A stretch of DNA of 63,942 bases, filler included, from Octopus bimaculoides (GCF_001194135.2; 5 parts of 5 records of this genome joined end to end with filler, not necessarily neighbours in it), one strand, 5' to 3'. Positions 1 to 13,928 are shown, numbered from the whole stretch's first letter. Notes: generated from the sequence alone by a model not told the origin. Numbers and translations are program-made.

Positions 1-1340
1 GCTATCTGTTATATGGACTGTTAGATATGTAATTCGTCTGACGTTCCGTGTGTCATGTGGTTCGTCTGAGTTCATTGTTTCATTGTTGTTGTCTTGTGGG
101 ACTGTCGTAGTAAAATGTCATTGATATATATATGGCGGACATGACTTTTGTTTATTCATAACGAACATTGGGTGAGTGCGTTCTTTGTATGTAATTGAAC
201 AATAAATGTAATAATTAAATTGTATAACTCGTTATGTTATCTCTGCGAGTCAGTCCGAGGGAAACATAACACTATCATACTGGCAATGTTGTTCCTTTGC
301 AGTCTGCCATGAAAAACATATTTAGCCATGATGAAACATCACCTTGCTTGGAAACTGGTATGGGTTGATGGTAGGAAGAGCATTCGGCCATAGAAAATCT
401 GCTTCAATCTAATTCCGTGTGAACCATGCAACATTAGACGTAAAAATATATGAATAAAACAAAAAAAAAAAAAATGCAATTGATTAAAGTGTGTTATTTT
501 TCACCTGCCGGCTTTAAAGACTAGATCCACTCTCAATTGCATTGTTTATATCGCCCTTAATTTCTTGAATTTATTCTTATTGGAGTTATTCGCCTTACGT
601 ATTAGCTTAGATTTCAAACACTCTAAGAGGGACTTCTTTCACCTATTAATTGCATGTATAATATCGATATGGTAAGTCTAATGTGAGAACCAACCCTATT
701 TATTGCTACATTTCTCCTATATGGGTTTCATTGAGGAAGTTTGTTCAACATTTAGTAACTACTTGCTCACACTGTATCTGTTTACTTTTAGGGTTGCTAT
801 GATGCTGCCTACACATTTGTGATGGATCAAGCTGGTATTCTTTTAGCTATTGGCTTTTCTTTCTCCATTGTTTTGGTGAGTATTAAGATATCATTTAAAT
901 GACTTCATAAATAAAACCGTCATGTGTAATGTCAACTTTCATAGAAGAGTTATGTATGAAAATGGCTTGTTACATCCTTCATACTTACTTAGATCTGTCA
1001 TACACCTATAAACTCATTAGGCTGGAGCTAATTCCAGCTTTCATGGCATATATATGATCAAGAGTACAACACACTTCCATGAATGAGAAGCCTATCTACC
1101 TGAGAGTTAACCTCACCCTCCATAGTTGCTGGTACTCGTTTTCAACTAAGTGGACTAGAACAATGTGAAATGTGTTTTGTTCAAGAAGACAACATGCTAC
1201 TTGGTTTGAGAATCGTAACCAGAATCCGACATTCATAAGTCCAAAACCTTCGTCTAATTAATTAACGATATTTGTGCAATGAAAAGAAAAATTTGCTTAA
1301 TAACTATTATTAATTTAATCTTGTCAAGTAGTGAGAGCAG

Positions 1341-1382
1341 TTTTGGACATGTTTCAGCCTTATTAGATCTCCTCAGTAAAGC
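1341..1382 (-). ncRNA. Degenerate minimal hammerhead motif
   Basis: Minus strand CTGAGGA-GATCT aata AGGCT-GAA-ACATGT-C. Palindromic stem III (ACAUGU) is intact; stems I and II are eroded. Confidence 0.5.
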
Positions 1383-2306
1383 AAAGGATTTTCCATACTC
1401 CCCAGGTTGATAAGAGAATCACTGTATTGATAATGTGCATAAAGATGTATCAAAATTTATAATGACTGGTAGAATTTACTCATGGGTGCCACATTTTCAT
1501 GCACTTTGTGTCCAGAAGTAATTTCCTCTAGGTTTTGATACCCTTTTCTTTAAGTGTTTGTCTGGTGAAGAGATCACTTCCTATAGGTCATTTTGGCATT
1601 CTTAGACTAGGTCTTTTGGGGTTAATAAAATAAGCACCAGTTGAGCACTGGGGTCAATATAATTGATTAGCCAGTTCTCACTAAAATTATTGGTCTCATG
1701 CCAAAATTTGAAACCATTATTATTATTATTATTATTATTATTGTAATTATTAAGGTAGTGAAGGTAGTAAGCTGGCAGAATCATTAACATGCTGGGAGAA
1801 ATGCTTAGCAGTATTTTGCCTGTTACTACTTTCTATGTTCAAATTCTGCCGAGGTCAACTTTGCCTTTCATCTTTTCAGGATCAATAAAAATAAAGTACC
1901 AGTCTAATACTAAGGCTGATGTAATCAACTTACCCACTCCCAACAAATTGCTGGCCTTGTGCCAAAATTAGAAAGTATTATTTTATAGGGTCAGTGAATT
2001 GGTAGAACAGTTCATGTCAGATAAAAATGCCTTGCAGAATTTTTTTGACTCTTTACATTCTGAGTGCCAATTCCACTGACTTCAACTTTGCTCTTCATCC
2101 CACCCAAAATTGATAAAATAAGCTATACCAGTCATTGTGTGTTTTATATTTTCTTATTTGTTTTTTTTCTTGCTTTCTTTTCCAGATATGTGGTCTTGTA
2201 CTTTCACTTTGTCTCTTTAAATACATTAAACGGACCCCAACAGAGAACAGGGCGACTAGTGCACCACTTTAAATAAAGATTGATTGTCCAGCTTAATGTG
2301 TGAATA

Positions 2307-2345
<39 letters not shown>

Positions 2346-2828
2346 GTATATACACACACATTTCTTAAAAATAAATAGACACCATATTTGAAAGATTTAT
2401 TTCTAGAAACAAAATAGTGTCATTTGATGCGTTTAATTACTTAATCTAGTATTTAGTAGTCATGCTTTGTGCAGTTTTTAATAATATAATCATTTTTGGG
2501 CATCATACAAACAATTAGTGTCCATCAAGATGAAACAGTAGAATGAGGGTGTGTCTATTTACTTTTGAGATGTGTGTGTTTACATGTTTATAAATTCACA
2601 CATGCATGCATATGTATATCCATGTATATATGTTCAATACACACAAACAACATAATTGCATGTACAAATGTATGTAAGTGTGTCTATGATATATATATAT
2701 ATATATATATGTTTGGGTTTACAAATGGAATAGCATGTACTCGGTGCATGAAGAGACTATTTATTTGTTCCAAGTTGATGATTCACTTCATTGTCAGTTT
2801 GAGTTTCTCACTTTTGTGCTTTTGTTTG

Positions 2829-2879
<51 letters not shown>

Positions 2880-2992
2880 ACACATGCATGCATACCTTTG
2901 TCCGCTTAGTGCTACAAAGGCGCCTAAAACAATTAGCAAAAGCATGGTTCAAGCTTCCAGCTCATACTTATTTGTGTGTGACAGCTAATCTT

Positions 2993-3025
<33 letters not shown>

Positions 3026-6000
3026 CGATTTATAAAGTAAGTTTGTTATTTTGTACATAAAAACTGAATTTTTCTCTTGCCTGTTAGTGACTTAGTAACT
3101 AATTAAAGATTTGCTTAATTATGATTCATTATCATCTGATGAAATCCAGCAATCTAAAAGTGTTGCTATTTCTCTCATCTTTTAGTGAGTGCATTGTTTT
3201 GAAAGAAATCCATCACATGACCATCTGGTTGACTTCATACACAGTCATCACCTCTCCCCCGCTCTACTTGTAGGACTTTCAACACAAAGGATCTTATCCC
3301 TACTGTATTGATTATTATTGATATTACTAGGGTGTAGTAGATGGGTGGAATTATTAGAGCTTTGGGAAATTGCCTTTTGGTATTTCTTCTAGTTCTTTAT
3401 AGTTAAAGTCTTGCCAAGGTCAATTTTGCCTCTCATCCTTTCAAATTGATAAAGTATAGTATCAGTCAAGTAATGGGGTTGATATTATCAACTATATCTC
3501 ATCCCTCTAAAATTCTGACCTTGTGCTTATATTAAAAACAATTGTTATTATTCTGAGAGCCTATTTGTAATTTTTTTTGATTTTCTGTAATTCATTTGCT
3601 TCTAAATTTTAAAAATAAAGAAAAGGAAAAAAATATAAAAAAATAAACTTCTTGCAACAAGAGAACATGTGGAAATTTCCTAACAAGTGGAAATTAAATA
3701 CATCTGACAAAGTTGCTCTCTCAGTTGCTTTCATAGAAGTGGTTGTGATGCTTAGTCCTTGATCAAAGCAAATTGTAACCATCTCATGTTTGAGGGGTAC
3801 AGTTTACATTATCTGATGTGCCTTTACTTTTTCTGAAGAGGGTGCTATTTATGGGATGTTTTGCTGCTATCTTTGATAGGTGTAATGTCCACTTAGTGGC
3901 ATCCTTATTGGCTTGTAATAGTATTGAAAGACTTTAGATGTGGATATTACCACTTCTGTGAGATTTTATCTTGTTCTGTAAAATTACTTTCAGAGTACAA
4001 ATGACTTCATTGGAAATGGATTTTTGCATGGAAGTTGCCTTCTCTTTAGAAATGGATTTTACTAATTCTTGTTGCTTCCTCTACAGCAATTTTCTTATGA
4101 ATGTTGTCTTCTCATTAGACAGTTCCTCTCCAACAGTAATTGCTGTGATAAAATTTCTTATGACAAAATTTATCAGGACTTAGACTGTCATTTAGTTTAG
4201 TGTATTGTTGTTTGCCTCAAGTCAACTTTATCTAAAAAGACCTATGGTCAAAACTGTTCCAGCTGTAATCCTTTTCTAGGACAGTAGTGTGTGAGTTTAG
4301 GGAGATTTGACTGCTGTTTCTAGCAAATCAGTTACTTGTGTTAAGGGTGTCTTATTGTCAGACTAACTGTGGAAACATTAACAATTTGCACTTCATCACT
4401 CTTATACAGTAAGCCAACAAAGGCACCTGTGTATGGTTGCTTGAACTGTTAAAAATTGCAGCCAAATCCCCTTCAAATCTTCCCCTACCATTTTGAATAT
4501 AAGAAGGACACATTCAATAACATACTTGAAGTACATTGTATGAAAAGAAGAAAGATGGGATGATTATGATTGGAAACTTTTCGATAATGTGTCTGCTAAA
4601 TCAGAGTTGACTTGGGCTAAACAACAACAAATCTGTTTATTTGTAATGAATGAGCATTTATTTTTATGTTGTAATGTGGAATTCAAGTTTTCCTATAAAC
4701 ATGGGTCATTATAGAGATATTCACATTATAGCCATGTCACAATCAATCCAATTATGACCATCCAAAGCAAAACCTTAATGTGAGTGAATTTTACAAAGAA
4801 TTTTTCACAGCAACCACTGCAAAACAGTAAACTCCTGGAAAGTGGGTAGGCATGGGTCCATGTGCTTAAGGAGTTTGTAAGTGAAAATATTTGAAACCAT
4901 TACGTGACACACAGCACAAGTATCTTGTAATATAGCCTTCAGTTGGCAATACATTAATTGGAATTTCATAGACAGCAACTCTGGAATCTCATTTGTGCAT
5001 GTGAGTGCACATAAATGTTGTGTGTAAGTACATGTGTGCATGTATATATGTTTGTATGAGTATGTGTGTGCATGTATATTTTGACATATATTGGAATGCT
5101 CTGTTAAACACCAGTCTGAACACAAACAAACCAATGCTCTATGCTGACACTTGTTGCTATCTTCATTAGAAATATGGTGAACTAGTGATATTAGTTTATT
5201 GGAAAATTGTAACTAACAGCACCATTATTCATAAATCATGTATATAAAAATAAGTGAAACCCACACCAAGGTTTTACTTCCACTTACTGCAACATCATTT
5301 TTATAAATACCTTCAGTGAAAAGTATGAATGTATCATCATTTTTCCTTACTACTCCCAACTCAATAGGACTAATTGGACATCTCATAATATGAAATACCA
5401 AAGCATTTGATTTTACACATTACGCATTTCGCTGATCATGTATTCTGCTGACAATTATTGGGTTCCTGATAAATTTAATTCTTGTCAGCCTTTTGTTTAT
5501 GTTCTACTGATTTTCTATCCATGTCTTACCCATGTAAAATAAACTTTTCGCTCAAAGTGGAATCTAAGCAAAGAAATCAATAAATATGCTATCATATATC
5601 ATTATTATTCCTTTACCAGTTTATTTCTTCTGTGAGAAAAATTAAAGGTTGCTAATCTTCAAAAACTTTATCTTTTTGTTAGAGAGAGAGAGAGAGAGAT
5701 TCTCTAAACTCCCCTCTTTTTTTTTTTTTTTTTCGTTGGTATTTTAAATGCTATTTCAACTACATGGACAAAATTTATTTCCAAACCCTAAGTTTTTATT
5801 AATTTCAATATAACTTTTGTCAGGTGCTGGTATGGTTGTGTGGTTAATAAATTTTCTTTGCAACCAGTGTGTTCAGACCCACTATGTGGCACTTTGGACA
5901 AAGAATCTTGAATTATAGTCATTGGATGACTGTTGCCTGAAATGGAATTGAAACCTCTGGTGAACAGCCAGATTACACTTTTTGCCTAGCAGTATGCTTC

Positions 6001-6659
6001 CACTCAAAAATGTTTCAGTGATTGCCTGGTTGTGTACTGGTTTTAATTTGGAAAATATCGATGACAAAAGCAGTATACAGGTTCTTTTACTATGATGTAC
6101 TGAACTCATAGAGGTGATTTATAAAAACTCTGAATCTCAACTAGAAGCTAGCACCATGGAGGGCATCCAGCAAATAGCTTATTCCATCTACCAGAGTATT
6201 AAGGTAACAATAGATTACCCAAGTAAGTACCTCAACCATTGAACTCTCGCTGCAAACTAGGAATAACAAAATACAAATTCTCTATTTGCACTTTGCCAAC
6301 CCCATGGTTTCCAAATACCTGAGCCACCGGAATGCAGAAACTTTAGATAATACTAAGTTCAATATCTTAATAGTGAACTTTCTTGTGATTTTAGTTTTGA
6401 TCACGTGATTTTGATTGTCTCGATTGCTGTTATGCCTGTAGTGCAACTTGCGCGGAGTTCTGTTTGCGGCACGTCGTGTTCAGTGTTGGTTTTAGTTAGT
6501 CAAGACTGTAGCAACTCGCTGCATAAAACTGTTATTGCATTGAAGTTTGGTTTTGCTTAAAATTTAGCAATCTTTGTTTGTATTGTAGATTGCTGTATTT
6601 TTAGTCGATTAAAACCTTTTAAACTTTGATTTTCGAGTTTGGGTTTATAACAGACTTAA

Positions 6660-7850
6660 TAAGGGTGATGAGTAACGTGTTCCGCATGTGCGACCCAACG
6701 GAATTAAAGAGACACGTACACCTCATCCATTGCATGTAGTCCTCTGGGTACAGCCAAAGAGACAGGATCACGCTGTACAAAGGAGTCCTGACAAAATTCA
6801 AGACCATCATAGAGAATCTTGCAAATGGAATGTGCCTGCTATACAGGAGTAGATCATGCAATAGCATGGAAAGGACTAAGAAGACAGGTAAGGTCAATTC
6901 ATGGTATGGCAGCCCCAAATCCCAGAACGTCACGTTCATCAACCCTACCGCTGGAGGCGAACTAGCGTATCATTTTAGAAAAGCCTTAGTAAACTGTATC
7001 TGCGGATTAAAGTAGTAGAAAGGTCAAGAACTCCTATAAAATCTCTTATCTGAAGAACACACCCATTTGAAAGAACACCCTGTACTGATACGAATTGTAT
7101 AGTGTGTAGAATAATTTCACAGATAAAGGTCAAAACTAGGAATGCGGTCTAGAGATGTACAGTGGGATGGGGCAAAAACAAGACGACATACATTGAAGAG
7201 ACAACCAGCAACATAGAAAAGATAACACGTGAACACTGGCAGGAACTGAAGGAGGAAGAGAAAAGCTCATCAATGCTCCACCAACCTTTCTAAACTAGAA
7301 CATGGGGTCTCGATAGATAATAGAAGTTTAGGATCTTATCAATACAGAACAGACACGACACTCAGGTAACGGAAGCCACACACAGTCTTTTCTACTCTAG
7401 GCATAAGGCCCGAATTTTTTAGGGAGGAAGCCAGTCGATTAGATGGACCCAGTACGCAGCTGGTACTTAATTTATCGACCCCGAAAGGATGAAAGGCAAA
7501 GTCGAACTCAGAACATAAAGACAGACGAAAGTGGCCACACAACAGAAAATGGACTGAGCCTCAACAGAAAACAGGAATGGGATAATGACACCCCCACCCT
7601 CGTCGAGCAACCCGAAGACTAAAGACAAGGAAAAAAAGAGACAGTGTAATATACAAATCCATACCTATACAAGACACGCATACATATACCAAGCACATAG
7701 ATGCTGACGTGAACACATGCGCAGATAGGGTTACATACTACAGCAAGACGAGATGGAATAGACATGACAAGACCAAAGAGAAGAGGAGACATGGAGGAGA
7801 CAGATAATCATCGAAGAGGATACAGAAAGTGTGACGAAACAACTCTAACA
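6660..7850 (+). mobile_element. Penelope-like element (Neptune-type) 3' fragment
   Basis: Across frameshifts: SGYSQRDR...LLYRSRSCNSMER...SWY...TFINPTAGGELA...IKVVERS...PF..TPC...C.VC...TYIEET...REH, matching RT-thumb, linker and GIY-YIG. Interrupted by a SINE at 7386-7530. Confidence 0.65.
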
Positions 7851-8825
7851 AATAAACTAATAATAATAACAGGGCTAAAGTGAAGAGCAAATAAATAGTG
7901 CGTATGTTTATTGGCAAAATGACCGTCCCCAAATATGATAAAATATTATTAAATATACGATTTTACGTCAAGAATCTTGCAAAACAAACACAAACGCTGA
8001 AACAAAATGTTATTTTAACAACGAAGTCATTTGGTCGTCGGAACTTAAGAACGCTTACGTTTAATTCAGACCTAAAAAATGCAGCAGATTTTTGTTTATT
8101 GGATGAGTAGGTGGCTAAGAAGTATCAAAGAGTGGGTGAGCTCTGTATATTTAGCATACTACTCAAATGGGCAAGGCCATATTCAGAAGTAATTTTTGAC
8201 AACAAAGAACACTAAATAATAACAGCACACGTTGATATACAGGGAACATTGTCAAGGGAGAGTTGAAGTATAACTTACGTTTTTTGCCCACAATAATCTC
8301 AAATTATGTGAGAACTCAAAAGGTTATAAGAACAGTTAATTAATATTGTAACTAAGTTAAATCTATAATGCTAGTACAAGAATAAAAATAATTACAAACA
8401 TATTCGATTAAGAAATGATAATATTTATACTCGCATTCCTTAAATAGAATATGCTGATATTCCTGACTACATCTTCACGTAGAACTGCATTTGCGTTCGT
8501 TCATCAATATATACATAATACACCATATATATATATTGTAAGTAACGCTTTCGTGCTTGAAGCTGTTGAATTTGTCCCAGTTAATAAGATTTATATTTTC
8601 TAGATCATTGGACATAACTGGAGCCATACTGTTTACTTTTTGCATTTGTCTCCTAATGCTTTATGAAATTTATAAATTACCAAGTAATTTTATTTCCGTT
8701 TAAATGTACATCTTTTAGAACATTGTCATTTTATATGATTTTGCTGGCAAATTCTTAAATTAATATAAACATTTATTTACCGGAGAACCTTCTTCCAAAT
8801 TTTCCTGCTAAAACTGTATTGAAAC

Positions 8826-10829
8826 TGTAGTAACGCCATGCGCATGCGTAGTCTCACGCATGCGTGGAATTCAACATACCAAGCTTTCCCGCTTTGATCT
8901 CTCTCTTTCTTGCTGGCCAGCGATTGAGCATGGACGTGTTTAGTTGTCTCTCTCCATCTTTCGAACTTACGCTCGACAGCTCGCTTACATCTACATACCA
9001 ACGTCCCAACAACCATGCTCACACACACAGAAGCTGTAACAACAAACAAGAGCTAAAGATGTATATATATTTACCACCTGAATAAATGTTGTTTAAGTTG
9101 ATAGTCTAGAGTTTAGCGTTCCGTTAATTTCTTAATTTTATATAGGAAAGTCAGGTATACATCTAATGATGTATAACCCACTTTCCTATAAAGTGGTGAC
9201 CCCCGACGTGATTCAAACACGCAGCCAACTTGAAAAGTTCATATAACCCACTTTCCTATAAAGTGGTGACCCCGACGAAGAAACAAACGCAGCATGGATT
9301 CTGGACTACCAACCTATAACTGGTGAACCCGACTAAAGAACAAATGCGGCCATGGAGACTGAACTACCAAGCAACGATGACCACCAACATCTCCAACCAT
9401 AGCCAAAACACAACTAGTGATAAGCTCTGCCAAACATACACCTCACTTCTTTCACATACAGACTCAAGACTCAAGAACTTGGTATAAAACTCTCACGTGT
9501 ACTGACTTTCTATCTGCTGTGATATCTCACATACATATAGACGGCCTGTTTTTTTATTATGTTCTTATATGTCGCATTCACACTCTCACATACATATACA
9601 TCTTTTATGCCACACTAAATATCTCTTGTTATTCATTTCATACGGTTGTTTTTTCTATCGTCTCATTACTGGCTATTTATGTTATCGTAGTATAACATAA
9701 TTATTTGTATATCATCTNNNNNNNNNNNNNNNNNNNNNNNNNNNNNNNNNNNNNNNNNNNNNNNNNNNNNNNNNNNNNNNNNNNNNNNNNNNNNNNNNNN
9801 NNNNNNNNNNNNNNNNNNNNNNNNNNNNNNNNNNNNNNNNNNNNNNNNNNNNNNNNNNNNNNNNNNNNNNNNNNNNNNNNNNNNNNNNNNNNNNNNNNNN
9901 NNNNNNNNNNNNNNNNNNNNNNNNNNNNNNNNNNNNNNNNNNNATCGACAGACCAAATTTCCTTGTGTAACTTTTATAGAATATTCCGTACCAGGTAACC
10001 GGTCACAACTAGCATCCGACGCTCAACTATAGCTCTGCCAACTGACCACGACTTCCTGAGTACAGACATTCTATCTCCTTGTGGAATTTTAATACGAACT
10101 GGTTTTCTCTATCTCAGTGTTTTGGGACTTTTCGCAGTCTATACTACAGACACTTTTACTATGTTCTGTGTTTTTTCTCACACACACACTTGTGCACTCA
10201 TATATTTTCTTTCCTTTCAGGGAAAACAAAAAAATCAGACTTTTACATCGCGTGATTCCAGTTTCATGGACGGTTGTCATCACGGTTGTTTTGTCATTTC
10301 ATTTGTACATTGCATGCATGTATCTCACAAGTGTATATTCATTTCTTTGATTTTTCTTTGTGTGTGTTTGTACCACATCTTGTGGGTGGTTTCGGTGGCC
10401 ATCCTGCCTCAGGCGTTCCAACAGATTTCATATTATCGTGCGTTTCCGCACTGGCAAGGGAGCCCTCTAGTAACGCTGTGCGCATGCGTAGTCTCACGCA
10501 TGCGTGGAATTCAACAACCAAGCGTTCCCGCTTCTATTCTGTCTCGTTCTTGCTGGCCAGCGATTGAGCATGGACGTGTTTAGCTGTCTCTCTCCATCTT
10601 TCGAACTTACGCTCGACAGCTCGCTTACATCTACATACCAACGTCCCAACAACAATGCTCACACACACACAGAAGCTGTAACAACAAACAAGAGCTAAAG
10701 ATGTATATATTTACCACCTGAATAAATGTTGTTTAAGTTGATAGTCTGGAGTTCAGCGTTCCGTTAATTCTTGATTTTATATAGGAAAGTCAGGTGTACA
10801 TCTAATGATGTATAACCAACTTTCCTATA
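8826..10829 (+). mobile_element. Complete non-autonomous LTR retrotransposon (TRIM/LARD-like, Gypsy-type PBS)
   Basis: LTRs at 8826-9190 and 10466-10829; 4-bp TSD AAAC on both sides; tRNA-Trp PBS from 9194; purine-rich PPT (GGCAAGGGAG) before the 3' LTR; no gag/pol ORF in the sequenced internal part (N gap 9718-9943). Confidence 0.88.
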
Positions 10830-11519
10830 AAACCATTTGTGGACGAGAAACAGAAAAACAAAACCCAACAATGCAGCATCAAATGCTTCAACTGGTCGCA
10901 CACCACAAGGTTCAACGGATCCTACTGGAGCAAGCCAACACGCTGATAGACACATTTTTATAGGAAGAAAATGAATAAAAAAAAACTATAAAGGAATAAA
11001 TTATCGAGTAAAAAAGCACTATAAATTATCCAACAACGTTTCTATTATCTTGCTTTAACAGCGTCTCTTAGCTGTTCTATTTGTCTTTTGTATTTGAAAG
11101 TTCATTGTAAATGCTTAATTAATCCTATCTTACGTATAATAAAATGCAATCTGTTTCACATCGGTCATGTTGGCAGAAGGAAACTAAAACAACATATGGA
11201 ATGGGAGTGAGTGACAGTCAGAAACGCTTAATGCAGGCGAACTGTGATGAGATGTTTTGCTCTGAAATTGTTGGTATTTTAATCAAAACGAAACAAACTT
11301 TTTATAGTAAATTGATTATTTTATCAATTTCACAAACGCACACACACACACAGAGTATGTATTAAATTAAATATTAAACAGTTTTGCTTTCAAAGTATTA
11401 TCGCTCACGTAACATTTATGAATTCACATGTTAGAGATATTTTTTGATCCACATCATTAACTGATTGTTATATTATTGCTGTTATTTCCGTTCAGAAAAG
11501 GTTTGAACATTTTAATAAA

Positions 11520-12372
11520 CCGTTTTTCTTTTATCTTTCTTCCAACCTCACTTGTGTCATGTAGTTTGTGGAAAGGAAAAAATTAGAAACATTTTCAGAC
11601 CACATGTCTCTATATATTTGCTCAATGGAATTTGGAGAACATTGGTGTTCCGGATTTGTTGTCTGTAGACTCGTGAGCATTCCGATAATGCGTTCTCTGT
11701 CTCGCGTATATATATATAGTTCCTCGCAATTCCGGCATTTAATGCAGTAGATCAAATTTCTGCTTTTGCAGTTCATATCTGCATTTGCGAAAATCTATCC
11801 ATCCATTTTTTTGTTCTAATGGATCTACCAGTATGTTTGTATTGACACTTTCCACATCTGTTATCATTATACTCGGATACTGTGAATGTTTTATCTTGTT
11901 TGTTCATAGTTGAATTTTGCCTTTGTTAATAGTTTCTTTAGGTTATGTGGTTGCTTTTTGCTTAAGATAAGTGTTTGATTAGTTATTATTTTTTAAAATT
12001 TTACATTTTGTTTTATGATTGGCAAATTTGTTTTGATGATGATAAATAAGTTTTGGTGATGCAGATTGTGTGTTACTAGAAATGGTATTGTGTTCCTTTG
12101 ATGGGTTCGTCTTTTTCGTGTTGCCTTAAGTTGTTCTATAGGTATCTCTTTTGCTCGTTGTATGCTATTTTCTATATGTAAGAGAAAGTAATTTTGCTTG
12201 AGCAGAAACCCTTTGAGTTCTATAAGTCGTGTGTTTAACTGATATTTATTACAAAAGCACAGATACACACCAGTACCTAAATTTCAAATCATGCCACCCA
12301 ACACACGCAACATCCTGTACTGTCTAGCCAGGAAAATTTGTACTATAGTCGATGATCCAAATACCAGAAACA
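11520..12372 (-). mobile_element. Penelope-like element with inverted 5' segment
   Basis: Minus strand 12237 to 11520: NTRLIELKGFLLKQNY...AKEIP...IPFLVTHN, then GIY-YIG CKSRNLIYCIKC..CEELYI. Plus strand 12237-12372 is the immediately upstream coding segment (TDIYYKSTDTHQYLNFKSCHP...LARKICTIVDDPNTRN). Confidence 0.85.
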
Positions 12373-13135
12373 ATATTAACAGGCGGGTCGACAACGACAC
12401 TTTTGAAAAAGCCGCCCCATATTATAATGTTGGATTAGGAAGGCCCAACTTCAAGAATAGCATACACTACATTCAACTAAACACAAATAGGCCAAGAAAA
12501 CGCAGGCAGAGAAAAGTCCTATGGTTTGGCCCGCCTTATGGCATGAATGTAGCTAGTAACATTGCTAGGAAATTCTTAAAACTAATAGACAACCTCTTCC
12601 CTCATTCACACAAATACCACAAGATCTTCAACAGCAACACTGTTAAAGTTAGCTATAGTTGCCTCCCCAATAATACTTAATCACAATAAACATAAACACA
12701 CCAGAAACACCTCAGAAAGACGGTGCTACTGCAGATCCCCAAACCACTGCCCTCTAAACAACAGCAGTCTCAAGAAAGAACTCGTATACAAGGCCAACGG
12801 AATACCAAAGACGTATATCAGAATGACGGGAAGGCTCAAGGAAAGATATACGCAACACTTTGCGTTATTCAGAGACAAAAACAAAAAAAACATGCCACAT
12901 CCGTATCAAATATAATATGGACATTGAAAGAAGGTGTGATAAGCAGCCCCCAGATAGAGTGAAAACCATTACTAAAGCCAAAAAATACAGAAGACAGGGC
13001 ACCAAATGTGAGCTCTGCATTACTGAAAATTAAATATTCAATCAACAAACAACATCTTAAACATTAGGGATGAAACATCTCTCACTGCATACATAAGCAA
13101 TATTTTGCATTCAAATACTTAAAGAAGACCCCCTA
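12373..13135 (+). mobile_element. Penelope-like element, linker plus GIY-YIG fragment (second family)
   Basis: FEKAAPYYN...RKVLWFGPPYGMNVASNIARKFLKLID..FP...KIFNSNTVKVSYSCLPN, then C...CPL, SNIIWTLK and KCELCITE motifs, with frameshifts. Confidence 0.85.
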
Positions 13136-13928
13136 TAAACGAAGTTAACTACAAACGAGGGCAACCCTACGTGAACACACATAGCACAAACTTCACACAA
13201 CAATGAAGAAATGTCACAAACTCCATACAAAGAAGAAACAAGCTACAACATACAAGTACAAAACACTATGCCCAGAACAAGACCATACAAATGATGCAAC
13301 GAAATTAAGAAATTTACCGAAAAGACAAATCCAAAGGAGACAAGCTCCAAACAAATGCATTCTAGAGTAGCGTCCCTTGATTCATTGTTTCATTTATGCG
13401 AATTTACGAGAAATTTCGTGAACGAAACGAGATTGTTTTCCAAAATGGAGGCGAACACCTTTCTCCATGTGATCGGCTTGAAAAAACTGCTAAGATACTT
13501 AGATATTTTCTTACTCTTCTAAACATGAAACCAATGGTAGCCTTAATTCACAAATAAAGAAATCATTTATCCACCACTGCGGTGTTGGACACTCTTTCCA
13601 ACGTTCTACATTTATGTATACACACACAAACATATATATATGTATGGCGGTTCTCAGGTCGGAGTTACCAGTTGTAGCATACAGATGAAACGTTACTTGA
13701 TGTAGAAACAGTGATTCTTGTTTCGCGTCGGGGACGCTATATGTAGATGGTCGAAAGTAGGTTGAGACAGCGTAATAATGATATCGAAGAGGAAAGAATA
13801 ATATTCACAGATTTATTTCCCGGCAATGGTTAGTAATACAGACAGTAGTAATTCTATAAGTGACAATAGTACAATGTGTTGCTCGTGCACTCTTAGTGTT
13901 TGTTGGGAGCTGACAGAGAAGAAGAAAG

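Noticed and set aside
3790-4190. About 130-codon minus-strand frame with two stops
   Set aside because: No recognisable motif; probably decayed TE sequence.
7807-7845. TCGAAGAGG...ACGAAAC near the end of the Neptune-like PLE
   Set aside because: The position fits a pLTR HHR, but the core start and stems are too eroded to call.
9171-9400. CRISPR array
   Set aside because: Eukaryotic DNA, no cas genes, only three degenerate units, explained by LTR-end and PBS duplication.
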